From: Mycolicibacterium smegmatis
GTDB lineage: Bacteria; Actinomycetota; Actinomycetes; Mycobacteriales; Mycobacteriaceae
Assembly (NCBI RefSeq): GCF_001457595.1
Contig: NZ_LN831039.1
Span: forward strand, 600,001 to 632,000
DNA: 32,000 bases
Reading direction: 5' to 3'
Positions within the stretch are counted from its first letter, which is position 1. Each line of letters starts with the position of its first letter. The position numbers and the translations under genes were made by a program. This document shows, in pieces, positions 23,681 to 30,366 of this stretch. The notes under the pieces were generated by a model. It was given only the letters and a program-made list of their open reading frames with translations, was not told where the DNA came from and searched no databases.

Positions 23681-24525
23681 CGGTCCGCCTCCGACGCTAC
23701 GTGGTAACTGCCCGGACGCAACTCGGTGAGGTGGTTCAAAACTCTTCTGGCACGCGTGATCTCGGCATGAACATCGATCTCGACCTTGGCCAGCCCGCCT
23801 TTGGACCGCGTGGTCGCCAGGATGTCGCCGCCGGGCCCGACCACCTTGGCCTGCCCGAGGAAACGCAGATTCCCCATCACGCCGGTCTGGTTGGACGACA
23901 CCAGCACCACCTGGTTCTCGGCCGCGCGCGCGCAGTCGTAGAGATCGAACAGCCGCGACTGGCGGTCTGCGGGCAGGCGCGAGGCGCGGTCGGTGACGCT
24001 GGCCGGCCACGCGGACAGCGCGGCGATGATGTCGGCGCCGCCCATGGCAAGTGTTCGTGCGGCCTCGGGGAACGTCTTGTCGTAGTCGATGAGCATGCCC
24101 ACGCGGCCGACCGGCGTGTGGAACGTGCTGAAGGTGTCGCCCGCCAGATACGTCAGCGATTCCCCGACCGGTTGGTGCACCTTGCGGTACGTGCCCAAAA
24201 CCCCGTCTCCGCAGACACATACCGCCGCGTTGTACCGTCCCCCGCCCGGCGCGGACTCGGCATAGCCCACGCACACCGTCATCGGCCCCGCGGCCGAGAC
24301 CACGGCCGCGATCTCGGGGCCGTCAAGTGTCAGCGCGGGCGGTGGATCGTCGGGATCGGGCCGGTGGAAGTCGCCGATGTAGCCGCCCAGGCACGCATCG
24401 GGAAACACCAGGAAATCGACTCCGTCACGCGCCGCCGACTCGATGATGCCGACGACCTTGGTCACGCCGCGGTCCAGGTCACGGCCGAAATGCGCCGCGA
24501 CCGCGCCCAGGGTGACCGGTGCCAT
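23677..24525 (-). CDS. carbon-nitrogen hydrolase (nitrilase superfamily) paralogue with a degenerate catalytic triad (282 aa)
   Basis: Clear CN-hydrolase fold (DFLVFPDA, YRKVHQP, GRVGMLIDYDKTFPEAAR). Asp43 replaces the catalytic Glu and Asp147 replaces the catalytic Cys; Lys115 is retained. GAGGAG SD lies in the 9-nt gap upstream. Confidence 0.85.
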   Translation of the reverse strand: MAPVTLGAVAAHFGRDLDRGVTKVVGIIESAARDGVDFLVFPDACLGGYIGDFHRPDPDDPPPALTLDGPEIAAVVSAAGPMTVCVGYAESAPGGGRYNAAVCVCGDGVLGTYRKVHQPVGESLTYLAGDTFSTFHTPVGRVGMLIDYDKTFPEAARTLAMGGADIIAALSAWPASVTDRASRLPADRQSRLFDLYDCARAAENQVVLVSSNQTGVMGNLRFLGQAKVVGPGGDILATTRSKGGLAKVEIDVHAEITRARRVLNHLTELRPGSYHVASEADR

Positions 24526-24534
24526 GCGCTCCTC

Positions 24535-25956
24535 TCACGCCTTCCCGAGACCCGTGACCGGCGACGTCAGCGCCGTCGTCGTCACGCCGTCCGGCCAGCG
24601 TAGGCGCACGCCCGGTTCGGCGGTCAACGACCCGCACTCGGAACTCGCCACACCTGCCGGCACCGCCGCGGATCCCAGCGCGCCGCCCACGGTGAGCATG
24701 CCGAAACCCGGAAAACACGTCAGCCAGGGGGCCATGCCGGCCGACGCGGGTCGCGGGATCGTCGCGACATCCAATTCGGCCCCGGTCCCGCTCGCTTCGG
24801 CCAGCATGCCCACGGTGCCGACGACGCCCGCCATGCTGACATCCTTGGCCGCGCGGGGCGCCATGCGGGCGACCAGACCGGCCATCGACGCCAGTTCCGC
24901 ACTGTTGCGCGATGTTGTCGAATCCCATTGGCGTCCGGTGTATCCCCGACGCCACCGACCGGTGGTGTCGGCGGTCAACCGCACCCGGTCCCCGGCGACG
25001 CCGCCACCCGCGGGTACCGGCGACACGGTGTGGCCCAGTGCGGTGACCGATAACGCGGCGGGCACGCCGAGTTGCGTGTGGCCGCCGAGCACCGGCACAG
25101 CCCACGCCGAGGATGCCGCCGCGATGCCGCCGATGATGCGGTCCAGCACCGCGCGCGTCGGGGCGGCCACTGCGTCGAGCAGTCCCGTCGGCGTCGCCCC
25201 CATGGCCGAGAGGTCGTTGATGTTGACCAGAACCGAGCACCAGCCCGCCCATTCCGGGTCGCGTTCCACCAATGACGGGATGATGGCGTCGCAGGCCGCG
25301 ACCAGGTCGGTGCCGGGAACAGGTGAGCCGTCGTCGCCGACGAATCCGGCCGGTCCCAGTGCGCCGTCGACCGCGCGAAGCGGGTTCAACGCCGCGCCGA
25401 GGAACGATTTGGTGGCCGCGGCGAGCGCATCGAAGGGGTTGATCTGTCGGCGCATCCACACGTGTGGGCGCGCGGCGATCTCGACGTCGCCCAGGGGGTC
25501 CCAGCCGAGCGCGGTGAACATCGGCTGGTATCGACGCTGCACGGTGGCCTCGAACCGGAGCACACCGGCGGATTCGGCGTACGCACATGCGGCGCGGACC
25601 AGCGCCGCCCCGATGCCGGTGATGCGCGTCGACCTGTCGACCACGAGCCGGCTGCCGGTCCACCAGCCCAGGTCGACTCCACCGACGGGTGCCAGACGTA
25701 CCCCGCCCAGGACCGATCCGTCGGCAGCGGCCGCGATCAGCACCACGACGCGCGGGTCATCGTCGATGTCGTCGTGGTCGCTGCCCGAGAACATGCCCTG
25801 GTCGACCACGAACGAATCGCGGCGCAGCCGACGGTAACTCGCGAGGTCGTCGGCGTTCTCGGCCGGGCGGATGAGAAACGGTGCGGTAGGTCGTGATCCG
25901 GCCAAAATGGACAGGTCGCCGGGCAGTGATGGTGTGCTGACGTCGAACTCGATCAT
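24535..25956 (-). CDS. GNAT N-acetyltransferase / PurM-like (AIR-synthase-related) fusion protein, MSMEG_0567/sll0787-family-like (473 aa)
   Basis: The N-terminal GNAT domain has an acyl-CoA motif RITGIGAALV (R-x-x-G-x-G). The C-terminal PurM-superfamily domain has NINDLSAMGATP and GGHTQ blocks. ATG 25956 overlaps the radical SAM stop by 1 nt (TGATG). Confidence 0.85.
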   Translation of the reverse strand: MIEFDVSTPSLPGDLSILAGSRPTAPFLIRPAENADDLASYRRLRRDSFVVDQGMFSGSDHDDIDDDPRVVVLIAAAADGSVLGGVRLAPVGGVDLGWWTGSRLVVDRSTRITGIGAALVRAACAYAESAGVLRFEATVQRRYQPMFTALGWDPLGDVEIAARPHVWMRRQINPFDALAAATKSFLGAALNPLRAVDGALGPAGFVGDDGSPVPGTDLVAACDAIIPSLVERDPEWAGWCSVLVNINDLSAMGATPTGLLDAVAAPTRAVLDRIIGGIAAASSAWAVPVLGGHTQLGVPAALSVTALGHTVSPVPAGGGVAGDRVRLTADTTGRWRRGYTGRQWDSTTSRNSAELASMAGLVARMAPRAAKDVSMAGVVGTVGMLAEASGTGAELDVATIPRPASAGMAPWLTCFPGFGMLTVGGALGSAAVPAGVASSECGSLTAEPGVRLRWPDGVTTTALTSPVTGLGKA

Positions 25957-27011
25957 CAGGCCCCCAGATTCTGCAGCACCGAGCAGGCGCCGCAGGCCGC
26001 GCACCCGGCCCGCTGATCGGCGCCTGACATTCCGGCCTGCCGCAGCAGGTCGGCGACGGCGCGTGACACCTTTTCGACCAGCCCGGAGTCCGGCGCGATC
26101 GCCCCATCGACGTCGGTGGCCAGCGAGCCGGACTGCGGACGGAACGGCACCACGAACGGATAGACACCCATGTCGATGAGTTCGCCGGCACCCGCGACGA
26201 GCTCATCGGGGTTCTCACCGAGCCCCACCAGCAGATACGTCGACACCTGGTTGCGGCCGAACACGCGCACCGCCTCACGCCACGCGGCCCGGTAGGCATC
26301 CAGCGCGACCGTGGCCTTACCCGGCATCCACCGGCTTCGCACCTCGTCATCGAGTGACTCCACGTGGATCCCGATGGCATCGGCCCCGGCCGCACGCAGT
26401 TCGGACAGCACGGCGAGGTCGGCGGGCGGTTCGCACTGGACCTGAATCGGCAGCGCAGGCACCGCGGCCTTCACGGCTCGCACGCAGCGCGCCAGATGCC
26501 GTGCCCCGCGGTCGGTTCCGGCCGACGTGCCGGTGGTCATGACCATCTGTGTCACACCGTCGAGGCGTACCGCGGCAGCGGCGACCTCGGCGAGTTCGGC
26601 GGGCCGCTTGACGGCCGTGGTGGCACCGGACCGCAGGGATTCCTCGATGGTGCAGAACCGGCAGCGCTGATCGGGGGAGTAGCGGATACACGTCTGCACG
26701 ACGGTGGTGGCCAGTACGTTGCGGCCGTGCAGACGTGCGAGTTTCTCGTAGGGGACGCCGTCGCCGGTCGTGAGGTCATAGAAGCGGGGCCGGTCGATGA
26801 CCTCGACGTCCAGTCCGGTGTCCTCGCCGTCGAGCAGCACGCGTGTGCCGTCGAAGACGAACGGGCTGAGCGGGTTACGCGGGATCGCGGCGTTGAGGCC
26901 GTCGATGACGAGGTGGCCGTCGGCGCTGGGGCCCGCGCCGGCGTTCCGGTGCACCGGGGGCCGGCCGCGGAAACCCAGGAGCGCGAGGTCGACTCGTGTG
27001 GACACTGTCAT
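25956..27011 (-). CDS. radical SAM protein, MSMEG_0568-family-like (351 aa)
   Basis: Cys triad C108-x8-C117-x2-C120 (CIRYSPDQRCRFC) ahead of a TIM-barrel-like region (MVMTTGTSAG, GIHVESLD). C-terminal C337-x2-C340-x2-C343. Confidence 0.82.
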   Translation of the reverse strand: MTVSTRVDLALLGFRGRPPVHRNAGAGPSADGHLVIDGLNAAIPRNPLSPFVFDGTRVLLDGEDTGLDVEVIDRPRFYDLTTGDGVPYEKLARLHGRNVLATTVVQTCIRYSPDQRCRFCTIEESLRSGATTAVKRPAELAEVAAAAVRLDGVTQMVMTTGTSAGTDRGARHLARCVRAVKAAVPALPIQVQCEPPADLAVLSELRAAGADAIGIHVESLDDEVRSRWMPGKATVALDAYRAAWREAVRVFGRNQVSTYLLVGLGENPDELVAGAGELIDMGVYPFVVPFRPQSGSLATDVDGAIAPDSGLVEKVSRAVADLLRQAGMSGADQRAGCAACGACSVLQNLGA

Positions 27012-27018
27012 GGCATAC

Positions 27019-28290
27019 CTACACCTTCATGGCGAGCCGCAAAACCGACTCGTGGTAGCTGCTGATGATCGTCGCGGCGATGTGCCGGGCATCGCGGTCG
27101 ATGCCGAGGAAGCGGCCGGATCCCCAGGTGTGCATCCACGGCAGCCCGACGAAGCTCAGGCCGGCGACATTGGTGATCCCGCGGGTCTGCATCGGCCGGC
27201 CCGCGCCGTCGAAGGCGCTGGCCGCTATCCACCGGTAATCCGGCCGGTAGCCGATCGCCCACACGATGCTGGTGATCCCGGCCGCAGCGAGATCCAGTGT
27301 GGTGGTCTCGGTTTCGGGCTTCCATACCGGTTCGTACCGTGAGGCAGGTGGTGCGTCGATCCCGTTGCGCTCGATGTGGGCATCGATGTCCGAACAGATC
27401 GAGTTGTAGACCGAATCGGCGTGATCCAGCGCTTCGGCCAGCGTGGGTTCGAACCGCAGCGTCGAGTCCTTCCCGTCTGCGAGCGTGCCGTAGAGCCTCA
27501 TCCCTTCGGTCGCGAACTGGCGCAGGTCCACATCGCGTCCACCGTCTCGTCCGGTGACGTAGTGGTTGGTCTTCTCGATCGCGGCCTGGCCTCCCGGATA
27601 CTGCTGGGCGGGCCGGTCGTACACGCCCATGTCGGCAAGCCAGGTCATGCAGTCCCTGCCACGGTAGAACCGCGCCACGCGTGGCGCGCCGCCCACCGCG
27701 AGGTGGACCCGGCGTCCGGCCAGGTGCAGGTCCTCGGCGATCTGGGCGCCGGACTGTCCGGTGCCGACCACCAACACGGCCCCGTCGGGCAGTGTGCCTG
27801 CGTTGCGGTACTGCTCCGAGTGGATCTGGAGGATGGTCTCGTCGAGTTGGGCGGCATACGACGGGATGACAGGCACGGGGTATCCGCCGGTCGCGATGAC
27901 GGCGTGGTCACACGTGAGCGTCGACTGACCGGATTCGTCCCGCAGGGTCACCTCGAAGCCGCCACCGGCGCGGTTCTGCAACCGGGTGACCTGGGTGTGG
28001 TTGCGCAGCGGCGGGTCGAAGGTGTCGAGCCAACCGGCCAGCCAGTCGACGACCTCGTCACGGGTCATGAAGCCGTCGGGGTCGGGTCCGGCATACGGGT
28101 AGCCGGGGAGCCTACAGTGCCAGTTCGGGGTGACGAGAGTGAAGTTGTCCCAGCGGGTGTCGGCCCACGCGTGCATCGGGGTCTTCGATTCGATCACGAT
28201 GTGCTCGATGCCTGCCCGCACCAGGTACCAGCTGACCGACAGGCCGGCCTGCCCACCGCCGATGACGGCCACGGGGACGTGGGTGGTCAT
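27019..28290 (-). CDS. FAD/NAD(P)-binding flavoprotein (class B monooxygenase-like), MSMEG_0569-family-like (423 aa)
   Basis: Two dinucleotide-binding motifs, VAVIGGGQAG (N-terminal) and LVVGTGQSGAQIAEDL (central). The ATG at 28290 is in an ATGA overlap with the preceding gene. ORF-track residues upstream are a shadow. Confidence 0.86.
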   Translation of the reverse strand: MTTHVPVAVIGGGQAGLSVSWYLVRAGIEHIVIESKTPMHAWADTRWDNFTLVTPNWHCRLPGYPYAGPDPDGFMTRDEVVDWLAGWLDTFDPPLRNHTQVTRLQNRAGGGFEVTLRDESGQSTLTCDHAVIATGGYPVPVIPSYAAQLDETILQIHSEQYRNAGTLPDGAVLVVGTGQSGAQIAEDLHLAGRRVHLAVGGAPRVARFYRGRDCMTWLADMGVYDRPAQQYPGGQAAIEKTNHYVTGRDGGRDVDLRQFATEGMRLYGTLADGKDSTLRFEPTLAEALDHADSVYNSICSDIDAHIERNGIDAPPASRYEPVWKPETETTTLDLAAAGITSIVWAIGYRPDYRWIAASAFDGAGRPMQTRGITNVAGLSFVGLPWMHTWGSGRFLGIDRDARHIAATIISSYHESVLRLAMKV

Positions 28291-28583
28291 GACGGCCCCG
28301 GTTCGGGGTGCATGGCGACGACCTCGAGCACCGCATCCCCGCTGAACCGCCGGGCGACGTTGACGATGCGCTGACGGGTCTCTGCCGCCGAGGTGCAGGC
28401 GAAGCCGTACTTGGCGCGTACCCGCTCGCTCGCCTCGGCCAGTGCTCGGCTCGAGCGCTCCACGAAATCGTCGACGGCGTAATGCGTTCCCGCGGTCAGA
28501 TGGTCGTGGATCACCAGGCTCGGGGAATAGCAACGCTGGGTGCTGCCGTCCGGCCACCGGACTTCGAAGGTCATCTCAGGCAT
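28287..28583 (-). CDS. small conserved protein, MSMEG_0570-family-like (98 aa)
   Basis: Compact high-GC3 ORF wedged between the nitrilase and flavoprotein genes with overlapping junctions. The start is ATG 28583 (8-nt overlap) or ATG 28574. Confidence 0.75.
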   Translation of the reverse strand: MPEMTFEVRWPDGSTQRCYSPSLVIHDHLTAGTHYAVDDFVERSSRALAEASERVRAKYGFACTSAAETRQRIVNVARRFSGDAVLEVVAMHPEPGPS

Positions 28584-29478
28584 GGGCGAGTTCCCGCCAC
28601 TTCGCGGTGCGCGGACCGTCGGAGTCGGTCAAAGGTGCGTAGACGTCGGGTCGGCGGTCGCGCAGATGGAACATCCCGGCCCGCATGGTGCGGAACGTCT
28701 CGTCGATGTCGACCTCGGCGACCGCCATACCGCTGTCGAGAAGAGTTGTGGCCAAGACGTTTCCACCCGGATCGACCACCTTGGCGTTGCCGACGTATCG
28801 CAATGAGCCGAAGCTCCCGCTCTGGTTGGACGCGACCCAGAACACCTGGTTGTCCAGTGCGCGGGCCATGTCGAACAGATTGAACCGGTAGGTCCAGCGG
28901 TCATCCTGGAGGTTCTGGGCTGTGGCGGTGCGGGCGGCCGGCCACGCCGACAGACTGGCGATGATCTGCGCGCCACCGAGTGCCATCAGCCGGGCGGCTT
29001 CCGGAAAGGCCTTGTCGTAGCAGATCTGCAGCCCGACCCGTCCGACCGGTGTGTCGAAGACCCCGTAGTCCGAGCCCGCCGAATACGACATGCCCTCGCC
29101 GAGTGGCTGGTGCACCTTGCGGTAGCTGCCGTAGACGTCGAATCCGTCGAGCACCGCGGCGGCGTTGTACCGCGTCTCGCCGTCGTCGGCCAGTTCGCAG
29201 AAGCCGATCGCGACCACGAGGTCACCGACGATCTGCTGGACCCGGGCGATCTCCGGGCCGTCGAGGCGGATGGCGGGCGGAAGCGACCGGCTCGTGGCCC
29301 GCACGGTGTCTCCGTGATTGCCCAGTGACGAGAGGTAGCCGCCGATGGCGGCTTCCGGAAGTACCAGGAAGTCGACGCCTTTCTCGCGGGCCTGCTCTGC
29401 CAGATCGGCGATGAGCGCGAAATTCTGTTCCAGGTCGCGGGTGAAGTTCGCCGAAACGGCGGCGAGTGTGGTCATCAT
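28576..29478 (-). CDS. nitrilase-superfamily enzyme with intact Glu-Lys-Cys triad (Nit1C / sll0784-type; 300 aa)
   Basis: DFLVLPEAA (Glu42), YRKVHQP (Lys121) and GLQICYDKAFPE (Cys153, second Glu). Confidence 0.9.
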   Translation of the reverse strand: MMTTLAAVSANFTRDLEQNFALIADLAEQAREKGVDFLVLPEAAIGGYLSSLGNHGDTVRATSRSLPPAIRLDGPEIARVQQIVGDLVVAIGFCELADDGETRYNAAAVLDGFDVYGSYRKVHQPLGEGMSYSAGSDYGVFDTPVGRVGLQICYDKAFPEAARLMALGGAQIIASLSAWPAARTATAQNLQDDRWTYRFNLFDMARALDNQVFWVASNQSGSFGSLRYVGNAKVVDPGGNVLATTLLDSGMAVAEVDIDETFRTMRAGMFHLRDRRPDVYAPLTDSDGPRTAKWRELAHA

Positions 29479-29487
29479 GGCGCGGCC

Positions 29488-30009
29488 TCAAACCATGTAG
29501 GTGGAGTTGATGATGGCGCCTTTGCGGGCGTAGTAGATGAGCGCGTCCTGGACGTCCAGCGGGTGCGCCGGAATGACGCCCTCGATGAGGTCTTCTTCGC
29601 GTCCGCCGTGCAGGCCGAGCCCGAACCGGCAGCAGAACACCGTGCCGCCCTCCTTGATGAAGGTGGCCAGCGCGTCGTTGATGTTCTGTTCACCCGGGAA
29701 ACCGGAGTCTCCGGTCTTCGGAAATCCGCGTGTGGCAAGGCAGTTGATCGATCCCGGCCCGTAGAAGTAGATGGCCGATTCGAACCCCTTGCGCAGCGCG
29801 CGGGTGGCCTGCAGCACGGCGACGAATGCGACCGACGACTCATGCGCGATGCCGTGCACCAGCGTGAAATAGCTTTCGCCGTCCTCGGCCTGGTAGTCGG
29901 GGAAGATCTTGGTACCGCCATATATGCTGGAGCCCTTCGGCAGCGCCGGATGCGGGATCTCGGCCAGCGAACTCTTGATGTTCTCGGTGATGGATTCGTC
30001 GAACGGCAT
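29488..30009 (-). CDS. MSMEG_0572/Sll0783-family-like (nitrogen starvation response) protein (173 aa)
   Basis: First gene of the operon. GGAGAG SD lies before ATG 30009. The 45-codon upstream extension in the ORF track (to 30144) runs into lower-GC regulatory DNA, so the start is not fully certain. Confidence 0.8.
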   Translation of the reverse strand: MPFDESITENIKSSLAEIPHPALPKGSSIYGGTKIFPDYQAEDGESYFTLVHGIAHESSVAFVAVLQATRALRKGFESAIYFYGPGSINCLATRGFPKTGDSGFPGEQNINDALATFIKEGGTVFCCRFGLGLHGGREEDLIEGVIPAHPLDVQDALIYYARKGAIINSTYMV

Positions 30010-30095
30010 GGGTCTCTCCAGGGAGGCGATGAGGGTGCGGGCGGCGACAGTGCCGGGAGCCGGATGATCGGCTGGGTCAATTACAGGCCCCGGCC

Positions 30096-30153
30096 ATTGC
30101 CGTGTGGTTAGGGATGGACTACTTCTGAATTGCCGAAATCTCACAGCGGCAAT
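30096..30153. promoter_or_regulatory. ATTGCCG repeat set in the Nit1C-operon upstream region
   Basis: ATTGCCG occurs at 30096..30102 and 30129..30135, with its inverted copy CGGCAAT at 30147..30153. The last two form a 7-bp stem with an 11-nt spacer. Confidence 0.35.
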
Positions 30154-30244
30154 GTGCTCGTAATAAGTGCAGCATGCGCCTTGACCTCAACCTCACTTGA
30201 GGTGCCAGGCTGGCTCTCATGACATGTGGACTCCAGTGGCCAGA

Positions 30245-30280
30245 GGCGGTAAACCGCCGCGAACCCGGGGGTAAACCCCC
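30245..30280. promoter_or_regulatory. twin hairpin/half-palindrome motif GGNGG-TAAA-CCNCC (possible activator site, GlnR-box-like)
   Basis: GGCGGTAAACCGCC at 30245..30258 and GGGGGTAAACCCCC at 30267..30280, spaced 22 bp centre to centre. The embedded GGTAAACC direct repeat loosely resembles actinobacterial GlnR half-sites. Confidence 0.35.
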
Positions 30281-30366
30281 TGGGGACCTGGATCGGCACG
30301 CAGTAACTTTCGTGGTGTTCCTGGATGAAAGAGTTCACACCGCATCGACAATGGCAGGAGCGGGTC

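Noticed and set aside
30010-30144. Possible 45-codon N-terminal extension of the MSMEG_0572-like gene (ATG 30144).
   Set aside because: The first half of the extension has low GC3 and covers the ATTGCCG repeat region. ATG 30009 has a GGAGAG SD. The distal 15 codons do have high GC3, so the longer form is not fully excluded.
30159-30190. Minus-strand TTGAGG-N18-TTATTA as the Nit1C operon promoter.
   Set aside because: The -10 does not fit TANNNT and the -35 is weak. I could not identify a convincing sigma-A promoter by eye, so TSS mapping is needed.
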